Below, piece after piece: positions 12,033 through 23,879 of a DNA stretch of 64,000 nt. The notes below the pieces were generated by a model, which worked only from the letters and a program-made list of their open reading frames with translations, was not told the DNA's origin and ran no database searches. Origin of the DNA: Selaginella moellendorffii (Eukaryota > Plantae > Lycopodiophyta); assembly GCF_000143415.4 (NCBI RefSeq), contig NW_003314282.1:949374-1013373 (forward strand), written 5' to 3'. Positions within the stretch are counted from its first letter, which is position 1, and each line of letters begins with the position of its first letter. The translations under genes were made by a program, and so were the position numbers.

Positions 12033-13545
12033 TCACGCACACAACTCCGTGTTGTCGTCGAAACCTGCACACCGGTGGTGGATTGCAGTGTAGGGCGCCT
12101 CCGAATCAAGCTTGGGCTTCATGCAGCGCCAGACAATGCCGCAGCGCGGTGGCATGCCAAAGCGGATGGGATGCACCTTGACACGACCGGGGAACGCTGT
12201 GCCCAGCTCCACGATCGCCGGAGGCACCCGGGGCCGAAATTCAGGCGGCTCATCAATGCACACAACGCCTGTTACTTCGAGCTGCGTCACACAGCTGCTG
12301 CTCACCACCAGCTCCTGCACAAACTCGATCTCGTCACTGTCCCAGCAAGGCATCCGCTTGTTCGAGTAGGAGGTGTCAATGTGCACCCGCACTGGCGCGC
12401 GCCTGCTGCTCCACCCCGCAAGGCTCAAGCTCTGAAACACAAAAAGCAGTCTAAGTTTGTAACATACGATCCTTGAGAAAAAAAAAATATATGGACCTTG
12501 ATGGTGAGGCGAAAGATGTAAAGCGCCTCAAGGCCATGGAACGGCTCCAAGAGCTGTGCGAGGTTAACGGATCTGGGCTCGAAGTCGGCCGAATCCATAA
12601 ACAGGTCGAGCTGCTTGATGCCACTGATGCTCGACCTCCTGAAAACAAACGGCTCGAGAATTTGCTCGACGTGGGCATTGCCTCGGAAGGTATTGGTGAG
12701 CGTGAGCCTGTTGAGCTTGGACATGACCAAGCCCTGGATGATTCGCACTTTCCCATGCAGCTGCACCCATTCCACGTTGCACGTAGACGGCGAGAGCTCC
12801 ACGCACGGTACCGCGCGGACAAACATCCACCGGAGCTTGGGCATGTCGAGGGCGAGAGAAAAGTTGGCAACGCTGTGGGCGCGAATCGCCAGGCAGTCGA
12901 GGCTGTGACTCTTGAGCAAATGCGTCCCGGGCGACTCCACCAGCAGCTCGGTCAGCCAGAAGTAGACGAGCGAGGGGCACAACTCGAGGAGTTTCTTCGT
13001 CGTGGCCACGTCCAAGCGTGTGCATATGAAGCAGTAGACGAGCGCGGGAAAGAATCGGAGCCGCTGCCTTGGTCGTGAGAGGGCCACCAAGCTCGACACC
13101 ATTTTTTATATGGACACCGTAGCTGCTGGCAGGCGAGAATCCTGGACCTGATGGTAAGGGAGTGGAGGAATTTTCCAATCACCGGTAGCCAGGCAAGACA
13201 AGAGCGTAGCTGCTTTGGAAAACCTGTCAAAGACAGGGAGCGGAGATTGCTGCTGCTGCTGGCAAACCAGGAAAGGAGACCCTGTTGCTCATACGATTCC
13301 AACCTGAAGTGCGTGACTAGCCTTGCCAGATGCGCCCACCTCTTGCTCACCCGGCTACACCGATACAATTGGCGCGAGGAGACGAGCAGGGACAGGATCC
13401 GGATGAGAACGTCGTCGGGAAGATCGTCCATGGAGCACAGATTGTTGCGCCTCTTGGTGATCCTCATCCGCTCCACCAAGAAGAGCAGCTCGCTGTGCTG
13501 CATCTCGTCGGGAAGATCATCCAAGGCGCTCCTCGGCCTTTTCAT
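12033..13545 (-). pseudogene. Full-length F-box/LRR copy with net -1 frameshift
   Basis: Starts MKRPRSALDDLPDEMQHSELL. In-frame 21-nt deletion near 13150, a -2 indel near 13110 and a +1 indel near 13050; 3' exon intact to stop at 12033. Could be a recent pseudogene or an assembly error. Confidence 0.8.
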
Positions 13546-14059
13546 CCCCAGTGTCCTACAATCTTGCCTTAAAATAGTTGAGTCCTATTCGTGGATTCCC
13601 CAACCCTCGGCGCAGGTTCGATACCTGCTCGGCGCATTAATGCTGACGAGGCCACGTAGGTAAAACGCAAACATATAACTAGCTGCCGAGATCATGAGTA
13701 GCTGTTTGATTTTGTTTGCAAGCTAGTACCATCAATTAAAGCCTTGCATTCAAGTATTGAGAACACCACCATTGCTTGTTCCTTCGGCTCAAAGCCTCTG
13801 CCATAGGACAGTCCAGCGCGTTTACTATGATAGAAAATCTTTGCGTTCACATGTTTTGTTCTATGAAAATATAAAATATACCTTTTAATATCCTTAAGAT
13901 ATACCTTTTGATTGAGTACAGTTTTTACCAGTGACCACTAATGACCTTGCTGCAAAATGTGGCTCCATGAACAAGAAAAAAAAGACACATGGATTAAAAA
14001 AACATGCAACCTACCTCCCAAAAAAAAGTCCACTCAAAAACAATGCGATAATGGAGTAT

Positions 14060-14461
14060 TTTCTTCCTTGTAAGATGATAAAAGCCTGATCTGTCCTTCA
14101 GTCATTTTAACCGCTAAGGCGATCAGAAAGTTGATGCTCGAGCATACACAATCTGGAACACTGAAAGTTACTCACGGGGCCAAGAGCTAAAACACTTACG
14201 TTTGTCAAGAGCAGCTGTTGGATCCAGTCCAAACATTTCTGTGATGGGAATGATTCGATCAGGACTGCAAGCATCGTTTAGAATTCACAGCATAGAAATT
14301 AAAGCAAGAGGAAAACGATCATACAATGCCAGCTCAGTGTCGATGTAGGCCACTTTTTCCCATTATGTAAGCCCAATTGCGGCAGTGTGCGCGAAATGAG
14401 TTTTGCCAGTCCGGAATTCGCCAAAGACTTTGGTGATTGCCATCGTTTCTATACCACCTGG

Positions 14462-14498
<37 letters not shown>

Positions 14499-14800
14499 AT
14501 GGATCTGAAGAGCCTCATTCCCAGTGATACTGGAAAGCCAGAAGAAAAATCCAGAGTAGTTGCGATCCAAGGCACTTACCACTATCGTTTCTGCCGCTTC
14601 CAGGATCTTGTCGTCAATCCCGTTAAGCTCTGACAGATGGAAGAAAATCCGATAAGGGAAAAAGAAAAGATGGATCGATTCGCACCTTTTTTGTTTGCAT
14701 GATCAGTCCATTGCATGTACGACTTCCCGCATCCTGAAGCTTTTTCACATCCCCGGCATTGATTCCCTGGGCGGTGACTGGAAGAACAAGAAATCTAGAA
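14060..14800 (-). pseudogene. DMC1: DMC1 pseudogene fragment (N-terminal to mid exons, introns retained)
   Basis: [28 protein letters not shown]|gt, DKILEAAETIV|gtaag, ITGNEALQ, ag|GGIETMAITKVFGEFRTGKTHFAHT (Walker A region). Matches the plant DMC1 N-terminus; indels present and C-terminal half missing. Confidence 0.85.
14465..14494. repeat. (GA)n microsatellite in DMC1 pseudogene intron
   Basis: Perfect GA run; homologous runs at 37091-37131 and 52554-52598. Confidence 0.95.
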
Positions 14801-14879
14801 GGCCGAGCGATTGGCTTGCCTGTGAGCCTCTCGATCGAGGTGAACCTGCGAGTACCTCCCATTCTTGTAGTCCTTCTGT

Positions 14880-15210
14880 TGAGGAAGATCTTCAGCTGGC
14901 GGGAACGTGAACTTCTTGAAATGGACAGGTCTCCATGCCCCTGTGCTGCTTGATCTACTCGACGTTGCACGTAGACAGCGAGAGCTCCACAAGCCCGGCA
15001 CCTTGCTGACTGATGGCGAGAGAAAAGGTTGGCAACCGTCTTCCGATGCAACTGCAAGAGAATCGAGGCTGTGGCTCTTGAGCAAATACTTCCCGGGGGA
15101 CTCCACCAGCAGCAGGCTCAGACGAGCGAGGGGGCACAACTCGAGGAGCTGGGTACATTGAAGCACAGACGAGATTGGGGCTGCTTCCGCCGTCGTGAGA
15201 GGGCCGCCAC
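14880..15210 (-). pseudogene. Internal F-box/LRR fragment fused upstream of the DMC1 fragment
   Basis: [38 protein letters not shown], and [11 protein letters not shown]. Confidence 0.75.
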
Positions 15211-15289
15211 TTGATTTCCGTAGAAAAAAACAGCTGGGAAACAAAAAACTCCGCTAGAGTACATCTCCGATGCTGAGATAAGAAAGTGT

Positions 15290-15880
15290 TGCCACCGCAA
15301 GCGCATCTATGGAATCACGAAGAAGTTATGGGAGTTATACATGCTCACAGCTACAAGTCTAAACTTCTCCAGTAACTTCCCTGACACGGTGCTTTCAACA
15401 CCAATGTTGGCTTTGATCTCAAGACTTTGCCACCTCAAATGAAAACCATTGTCAAGCAGCTACGAACGCAACAGGGCCAAACTGGCGATATTAATCAAAT
15501 GTCTCCGATCATCAAGGTATTTAATCTCTACATGGTTTCTTTTTAAGTTTTCCTTTGTCAGGGAAGAAAAAAATCCAGATAGAGTAAATCTACAAGAAAG
15601 AGCTGCTTCTGAAAGCACATCTATGGAATCATGAAGAAAATATGTGAGTGTACACATACTCACTAGTACAATACTTGATTTATCCTGTTACTTCCCAAAG
15701 AGTACATCCTCAACACAAAAATTGGCCTTTGATCTTAAGACTCTGCCACCTTAAATGGAAACCATTGTTAAGTAGCAATTGATGCACACGTTAAAGCAAG
15801 TCAGTGATAACGAAAAGTTGGCAGATCATAACCTGAAAGGTTTAGAGCCAGAGGAGCTAAGATTCAACAAGGACTCGCTC
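15290..15880 (+). pseudogene. 'Gene U' remnant: two tandem KHIYGI...DLKTLPPQMKTIVKQ units with a short GT-AG intron
   Basis: Translates to IYGITKKLWELYML..FDLKTLPPQMKTIVKQL..SPIIK|gtattt..gtcag|..KHIYGIMKK..LAFDLKTLPP..QLMHTLKQVSDNEKLADHNLKGLEPEELRFNKD. Homologous to 35640-36450 (-) and 50820-52290 (-). Confidence 0.55.
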
Positions 15881-17169
15881 TTGGGGCTGTGCAATTTAAT
15901 CTTTTATCCAGTTTTACAGCATTCAGTATCCACATTAGTGTATATTTGAAACGTATACTTCAAATATGTAGTGAAAGGTTTAAATATGTACAGTATTATT
16001 ATAAGAATTCCATTTTTCACTAAAATATAGAGATCACCGCAAGCAAATTCCAATGTAATCACTCATAATATACTTGAATGATAAAAAGGTGGCAGTGTGA
16101 GTCTTCCCTGACTTTATGTATACTATGACAAAAATAACAACTTTTCTGATTATGCTTATAAATGGTAAAAGTCTTACAATTTCTTTGCATTAGGGCTACT
16201 ATTAATCACTAAAAAATTAGGATTATAATATATTTTTTTCAGTTTGGGAGTATTATTTTGGCCAAATGATTTTACTTACTGTTTGGTTTTGTAAAGATGG
16301 ATATTAAATAATCTTGCACACTTAATGTAGTAGAACTAATATAGTGGAGGAAGTGTTTCCTCTCTGTTAGTTAATACAAAAATTAAGTTGTGTAATGTTC
16401 TCATGACTTTGTCACAAAAGTAGAGTACTTAGAAGATTTTTTTTTGAGAAATGTTGTTAATTAGCAATGTTTTACATTTGATTTTACCTCCATTCATATA
16501 GAGGGGATTAAAAAGTTGTAGAAGTTGCTTACATATCACAGTTTCTATATCAACTGCTATGAAAGATTCTTTGTTACCATTATTAGTTCTTTTTATTATT
16601 CTTTATGATAATTCAGTATGTGAGGTCCAAATGTACAGCTACAATGCCATATACTGTCCAAAGGAAAGTAAGGACAAGTTCAAACCTTGAAAACAATGCA
16701 ATAGTGTAGGCAAGCAAGGTTGGCTATGGTATCACCCCCAGAGCATGTCTAGAAAGAACCACACCACCCTTGCTAAACCCACAAAACTTCAATTCTTCCA
16801 TATAGTGGGATTTTAATAGCTATTGGATTGGTTTCAATTTAGACTACTTACTTTTATATATAAGTCAGGGTTTTTGGGTTAATTAATATGCATATTTTCA
16901 GTATTTCTTTTCCATAGTCTATGCACTCACATGAAGGAGAAGAGCATTTTTGATTGCCCTGATGAGTGTTTGGATTTAAGATTTTTGGTTTAGATCTAGC
17001 TTTTTCCATTTCCTTTCTTTTATTCTTTCCTTTCAGGATTTTGGTTTAAAATTAGTTTTTTGCATTGTCTAGATCTTCTTTTCCTTCTAGTTTGTCTTTT
17101 TTTCATTTTTCTTCTTTTGCTCTTTCCTTTTCGTTTATCTTCATGGTAGATTAGCAATCTTTTCCTCCT

Positions 17170-17950
17170 TTGACTCTAGAGCAATAATTGGTACAATTGC
17201 TTGATGTTATATAATTGCAATTGAATAACCAAATTTAGTTGATGGCAGCATTCATGGCATGTGGTACAACTCTTCTTGCTCTTGCTCATGTTCAGCCGAA
17301 GTTCTTTCGCGGGAATCTTAAGGATGATGTATACTATTGATTTAATCACTTCACAGTGATTGCCACATATCATTCTTGGGATGATACTTGACGTTTGCAT
17401 GGGTTTCCCACGTGTTTCCAAGGGATGGCATTGCAGTGGTACAATGGTTTGAGTGTAGCCACTTGTAGGGATTGGAGTGTTCTCCCAAACGTCTTCAAAC
17501 ATGCATTCAAACATACCGACAATTATGATGATGTCTTCCAACAATTGCATCATCTTCGTCAAAGGCCATCTGAGTTAGTGATGCAATTTGGCATTTGTTT
17601 CCAAAGCGTTTTACTTTGTGCGGAGCCAAATATATCGGAGCGAATCAAGCTAGGAATGTTGTGGCTAGCACTTCATCAAAATCAAACTTGTGCATGCACT
17701 TGCTCCTGCCACCCTTGATGATGCTCTTCACTTAGCACAACATTATCAGATGTCACTTCTTCCATTTCTCACTACATGTCCTTCAACTCCACTTCCTATG
17801 GGTGATAGTCATGTTCTAATGGAGGTTGATGCTGCTACTACTCGAGTCTAAGGACAAGGGCAAGGCCATGGTCGTGGCCATGATGTTCGTTGTTGGCCGT
17901 GTGATAAAGTTAGTCACATTTATCGGCATTGTCGGCATTTTCCAGATTAG
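17170..17950 (+). mobile_element. LTR-retrotransposon gag remnant
   Basis: FQGMALQWY..W..F..F...LHHLRQRPSE.V.QF...F (retrotransposon gag-like), MEVD motif near 17819, and CCHC zinc knuckle CWPCDKVSHIYRHC at 17891-17932; in-frame stops. Confidence 0.75.
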
Positions 17951-17989
17951 CCATTTCCTGGGTGGAAACTTGGTGTAGTTATACATTCA

Positions 17990-18890
17990 AGTTTTTCCTA
18001 CGTGGCTTACTATTACATGATGTAGTGGGTTACAGTAGGCCCCGACTCGGGACATGACCAGTTAGGATTGAGACCATGTGGCAAGGAACCGAGTTGTTGG
18101 AGAAAAGTTCTTGATGGACAAGCAGCAGAGGTGGGATTGAGAGAGGGCTGGTGTAGGGTATTCACACTAAATCTGAGATGAGGTTAGATTCTTGGATTGT
18201 CATCCTTGTTTCAAGGAGGAGTCATTTCCGTCCACGATCCATTTTATGGTGGAGATAAGAAGTATGGTTTTTCAGTTGTTAAGGATGACTGAGGTCTATT
18301 TCTCATGCTAACAATTTATCTTCCTTTTGATGAATTGATAAATTGTTTTGAGGCAGTGAGCTAAGAAATTTTAAACTTGGAAGGGTTGTGATGTGATGCT
18401 CACAGACCTTTTGAGATTGTGAGCTGAGAATTGTGTAAATTGGGGCTAGCATTATAAATTCATGGTTAAAGAACTTGTGATGTAATGATTACAGATCTTT
18501 TGAGGTTGTGAGTGTAAGCTAGGCTAGCATAATAGATTCATGGTTAAAGAGCTTGTGGTGTGGCACTTATAAATCTTTTGAGATTGTGAGCTCAAAATTG
18601 AGAGAGCATGGCTGGCATGACAAAGTCATGGCAAAAAAACTTAATGCTCACATATCTTTAGAGATTGTGAATTAAAATATCTGAGTTGGCTTGGTTCTAG
18701 GCAGAGAAATGCGATTGTGATGCTGTGATGAGATGAATTACATGTAGATATTATGCTTGAGTGTGTGCAAACACCCAATGCATGTAAAGATTCATGCAGT
18801 TTTTGCAAAGATGAGATGGAGGCTAGAGTAAAAGGTGTAAGTAAAGGAGTAATCGCTACAGAGTAAATTGCAATGTTAGTTTGGATACCA
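17990..18890 (+). repeat. Dispersed ~900 bp repeat with internal short tandem units, directly upstream of an F-box gene
   Basis: Direct repeat of 37669-38595; internal repeats of ttttgagattgtgag and attcatggttaaaga.cttgtg. Confidence 0.85.
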
Positions 18891-18978
18891 TTACAGTGGC
18901 CCCGTTATCGAACTTATAAATCCCTTAATATGACTACTTAATTGTTTTAAGGCAGGGCAATATTTTCCGGTACTGGGG

Positions 18979-20539
18979 ATGAAAAGGCCGAGGAGCGCCT
19001 TGGATGATCTTCCGGACGAGATTCAGCACAGCGAGTTGCTCTTCTTGGTCGATCGGATGAGGATCACCGAGAGGCGCAACAATTTGTGCTCCATGGGCGA
19101 TCTCCCCGACGACGTTCTCATCCGGATCCTGTCCCTGCTCGCCTCCTCGCGCCAATTGTATTGGTGTAGCCTGGTGAGCAAGAGGTGGGCGCATCTGGCA
19201 AGGCTAGTCACGCACTTCAGGTTGGAATCGTCCGGTGAGCACGAGCAACAGGGTCTCCTTTCCTGGTTTGGCAGCAGCAGCAGCAGCAATCTCCGCTCCC
19301 TGTCTTTGACAGGTTCCTCAAAACAGCTATGCTCTTGTCTTGACTGGCTACCGGTGATTGGAAAAACCCTCCACTCCCTTACCATCAGCGTCAGTGTCGA
19401 TGGTTTCTGGTCCAGCATTCTCGCCTGCCAGCAGCTACGGTGCCTCCATATCAACGATGGTGTCGAGCTTGGTGGCCCGCTCACGACCAAGGCAGCGGCT
19501 CCAATCCTTCCCGCGCTCGTCTACTGCTTCATACGCACACGCTTGGACGTGGCCACGACGAAGCACCTCCTCGAGTTGTGCCCCTCGCTCGTCTACTTCT
19601 GGCTGACCCAGCTGCTTGTGGAATCGGCCGGGACGCATATGCTCAAGAGTCACAGCCTCGACTCCCTGGTGATTCGCGCCCACAGGGTCCCCGGCAGGAG
19701 CGTTACCAACTTTTCTCTCGCGCTCGACATGCCCAAGCTCCGGTGGATGTCTGTCACCGTGGTACCGCGCGTGGAGCTCGCGCCGTCTACGTGCAACGTG
19801 GAATGGGTGAAGCTGCATGGGCAAGTGCGAATCATCCAGGGCTTGGTCATGTCCAAGCTCAACAGGCTCACGCTCACCAATACCTTCCGAGGCAATGCCC
19901 ACGTCGAGCGAATTCTCGAGCCGTTTGTTTGCAGGAGGTCGAGCATCAGTGGCATCAAGCAGCTCGACCTGTTTATGGATTCGGCCGACTTCGAGCCCAG
20001 ATCCGTTAACCTCGCACAGCTCTTGGAGTCGTTCCATGGCCTGGAGGCGCTTTACATCTTTCGCCTCACCATCAAGGTCCATATATTTTTTTCTCTCAAG
20101 GATCGTATGTTACAAACTTGGACTGCTTTTTGTGTTTCAGAGCTTGAGCCTTGCGGGGTGGAGCAGCAGGCGCGCGCCACTGCGGGTGCACATTGACACC
20201 TCCTACTCGACTAAGCGGATGCCATGCTGGGACAGTGACGAGATCGAGTTTGTGCAGGAGCTGGTGGTGAGCAGCAGCTGTGTGACGCAGCTGGAAGTAA
20301 CAGGCGTTGTGTGCATTGAGGAGCCGCCTGAATTTCGGCCCCGGGTGCCTCCGGCGATCGTGGAGCTGGGCACAGCGTTCCCCGGTCGTGTCAAGGTGCA
20401 TCCCATCCGCTTTGGCATGCCACCGCACTGCGGTATTGTCTGGCGCTGCATGAAGCCCAAGCTTGATTCCGAGGCGCCCTACACTGCAATCCACCACCGG
20501 TGCGCAGGTTTCGACGAGAATGCGGAGGCGTGTGCGTGA
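18979..20539 (+). CDS. F-box/LRR-like protein, intact copy 2; exons 18979-20076 and 20141-20539 (about 498 aa)
   Basis: Removing the 64-nt intron 20077-20140 joins the two ORFs in frame (1497 nt). Confidence 0.87.
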
Positions 20540-21443
20540 ACCAGCGCCTCCTGGTCAACGCCAGCGTTGGCAATCTGCCATCGGTCAACGGATTGGAGAC
20601 TAGAGGTGGATCATCTACGCGGCGAGCGGGAAGAAGTCTGCGGGGGTGGTTCAGCTGCTGGTGTATCGAAATGCCAAGCCAGCAGCCGGAAGATTGCTCG
20701 ATGAGATCGAAGATGGCGTGGGAATGAAACCTCATAAGGTGGCCGAATTGCGGGAGTGAAGGAGCAAGCCCGGGTACAGTTCCATCATCTTTGTGGGGAT
20801 GCGACACATCACATCCACGCAGAGCTCCAGATGATCGAGAGCAAGCGTCGCCCGTCGCATGTCTTTGGGCGACGCCACAGAGTTTGCGTCCAAGTGGCAC
20901 AAGCTTGTTGGGAGGAGGATGACAGATCCGTGAAGGCTCATATCAAAGATCTGTCTACGTCAAAGAACTTGAAGGTGGAGTTTTCTTAATGGCCTTTTCT
21001 TTGAAAACGACGAGAATCACGGGTTAGGTTGAGCTTAAAAAGGTATTATTAAAATTTTCCTTTTATCGATTGGTTATTAAGATGCCACGTGGCTGAGCTT
21101 GCTGGCACTGAAGAGATGGTGGCCGGTTGGCGAACTCCAAGTCGTGAACTTTCAAGACTTCTGCGTCAAAAGCCGATGTCCATAGGCTGACCATTAACCT
21201 GTTGAATAACAAAGCTGCTGCTGTTGGTGCGTCTCCGCAAGAAATTGAAAATCGAATCATTTCCTTTGATATCTGGCAATCTTACCTCAGGAAGATCGAG
21301 GGGATCACTTTGACCAAGCTGTTCGTCTTGGAAATAAGCTCGTTTACAATCAAACAGTGATCACTTTTTAACAGCAACTGATGCTTTGTGACCCCAGGAC
21401 TTGGTTGTACTTAAAAAGGAACGCCTGCAAGTGAAGGCGTTCC

Positions 21444-21700
21444 ATGGCTCTGACACTCGTCACTATTCTATCCTTCATTCTTGCTGTTGCAGTTGCCGAC
21501 TCTCAGGGGTGTAACACCCAGCAAGTAACACTGATGTTACAGTCGTGTTCCCAATCTCCGCACGACTGGCCGACGCAGGCCTGCTGCGACAATCTCCAGG
21601 GAATTGCCGAAGCTTGCACCTGCGAAGTGTTTCTCAACGTCACCAAGTTATCCCGGTTGATCTGCCAGCAAAATGTGAGATGGAACAACTAGAATTTCAA
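21444..21700 (+). pseudogene. LTP-like exon-1 fragment (frameshift near 21650), fused to an F-box fragment
   Basis: Signal peptide plus C-C-CC-CxC motif; homologous to exon 1 of 54404; lacks exons 2-3. Confidence 0.8.
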
Positions 21701-21718
21701 TTCAATTCAAACAGCTCC

Positions 21719-22030
21719 ATGGACGATCTTTCCGATGACGTTCTCATCCGGATCCTGTCCCTGCTTGTCTCATCGCGCTGGTGAGCAAGAGGTGGGCACA
21801 GCTGGTAAGGCTCGTCACGCATTTCAGGTTGGAATCGTCTGGTGAGCATGAGCAACGGGGTCTCCTTTGGCAGCATCAGCAGAAATCTCCGCTCCCTGTC
21901 TTTGGCAGGTTCCTCAAAGCAGCTACTCTCTTGTCTTGACTGGCTACCGGTGATTGGAAAAACTCTCCAGTGTGGATGACTTCTGGTCCAGCATTCTCGC
22001 CTGCCAGCAGCTACGGTGCCTCCATATCGA
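21719..22030 (+). pseudogene. F-box 5' fragment
   Basis: MDDLSDDVLIRILSLLVSSRW* ... WSSILACQQLRCLHI, then unrelated sequence. Confidence 0.8.
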
Positions 22031-22589
22031 ATCTGGAATAAGCATCTTCGTCAAATCTTTGAGCTTTTCCCATTTTGGTGGAAGGGAGAAATAATTTTTT
22101 ACAATTTAGGAGAGAAACATTTGATACATAATTTAAGCAGAACATGAGAAGGTTCCAATGCTACTTGGACTAATATTGTCTATTTCTCATGTTTCTGACC
22201 AGATTTTTGTATGCAAAGTGTAATGTGAAGATAACATGCAAGTATGAACTGGGACAGATCTTTGATATGAACCTTCACGGTCTGTCCCGCACAGGAATCC
22301 TCCTCCCAACAAGCTTGTGCCACTTGGACGCAAACTCTGAGGTTCTTGATCATCTGTGCAGGGTGTGGCATCGCCCAAACATGGCGATGGGCAACGCCAC
22401 ACCACCATGCTCATCGGGAGCTCTGAGTGGATGCGCATACCCACACTTTCGATGGAACTGTAGCCGGGCTCTCTCCTTATTCACTCCTCGCAGCTCGGCC
22501 ACCTTATGCTTCTTCCCGCTCGCCTCCGAGCGCGTAGTCTAATACGTTGACCAGGTGGCAGATTGCCTAGGCCTGCGTTGACCAGGAGT

Positions 22590-23410
22590 CGCTGGTGTAC
22601 GCACACACCTCCGTGTTCTTGTCGGAACGTGGTGGATTGCAGGGCTCCTCCGAGTCAAGCTTGGGCTTCATGCAGAGCCAGACAATGCCACAGTGCGGCA
22701 GCACGACAAAGCGGACGGGATGCACCTTGACACGGGAACGTTGTGCCTAGCTCCACGATCCCGAGAGGCACCTGGGGCCGAAATTCAAACAACACCTGTT
22801 ACTTCGAGCTGCGTCACACAGCTGCTGCTCACCACCAGCTTCTGCACAAAGTCGATCTCGTCACTGTCCCAGCACGGCACCCGCTTGTTCGAGTAGGAGG
22901 CGTCGATGTGGACACGCAGTGGCGCCTGCCTGCAGCTCCAGGCTCAAGTTCTAAAGCACAAAAAGCAGTCCAACTTTGTAATTGGTACACAATATAGATA
23001 CGATCCTTGAGAGGATCTTGGCTTAAACTACACAGGTCGAGCTGCTTGATGCCACTGATGCTCGACTCCTGACAAACGGCTCGATAATTTGCTCAATGTG
23101 GGCACTGCCTCAGAAGGTATAGTGAGTGTGAGCCTGTTGAGCTTGGACATGACCAGGCCCTGAACAATCTGCACTTGCCCATGCAACACCCATTCCACGT
23201 TGCACGAAGACAGCAAGAGCTCCACGCAGGGTACCATGTTGACAAACATCCACCGGAGCTTCAGCATGTTGAGCTCGAGAGAAAAGTTGGCAACACTCCT
23301 GCCGGGGTCCCTGTGGGCGCGAATCACCAGTCGAGGCTGTGACTCTTGAGCAAATGCATCCCGGCCGACTCCACCAGCAAAGTATATGAGCGAGGGGCTG
23401 CTTCGATAGT
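22590..23410 (-). pseudogene. F-box/LRR pseudogene (mirror of 9330-10330)
   Basis: RAHRDPGRSVANFSLELNMLKLRWMFVN..; shares diagnostic indels with the 9330 copy. Confidence 0.85.
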
Positions 23411-23879
23411 GGCAACAAACACTTCAATGGACAGTCTGTTTTGTCAATCCTGGATATCACTATTGGAATTGTTCAGTTTTGGATGGAGCAACAGCCACCA
23501 CTAGAGTTTGATATTAGTGACATGTACCTGAAAGTTCCTTGAGGAGCTGAGAGTCTGAGAAATATATAACATACACAAATTTGTATCTCTTTTGTTTGCA
23601 TGCTATTTCAAGTAGCGAACTGCTATGTAGATGTCGATGTATGGCATGCAATTTATAAACAGTGTCTGGATGGTTGTACATGGCCGCTTATAAGCGGGCA
23701 TTGTCCAGTGGCAGCACCATATTGGCTGAATCCAAGTCTACACGTGTATATAGTCGGATATTCCTAGAATATTATCCATAAATATCATGTTCTTGACCCA
23801 TTTTATAGCCATCGGTCATACAGGCAGGATTTAGGGTCACCCTTTTATGAATCTTAGGTCAAATTCATTTTTCCCAAGC

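Noticed and set aside
18390-18680. CRISPR-like or other regularly spaced repeats
   Set aside because: Degenerate units of uneven length with no unique spacers; eukaryotic context.
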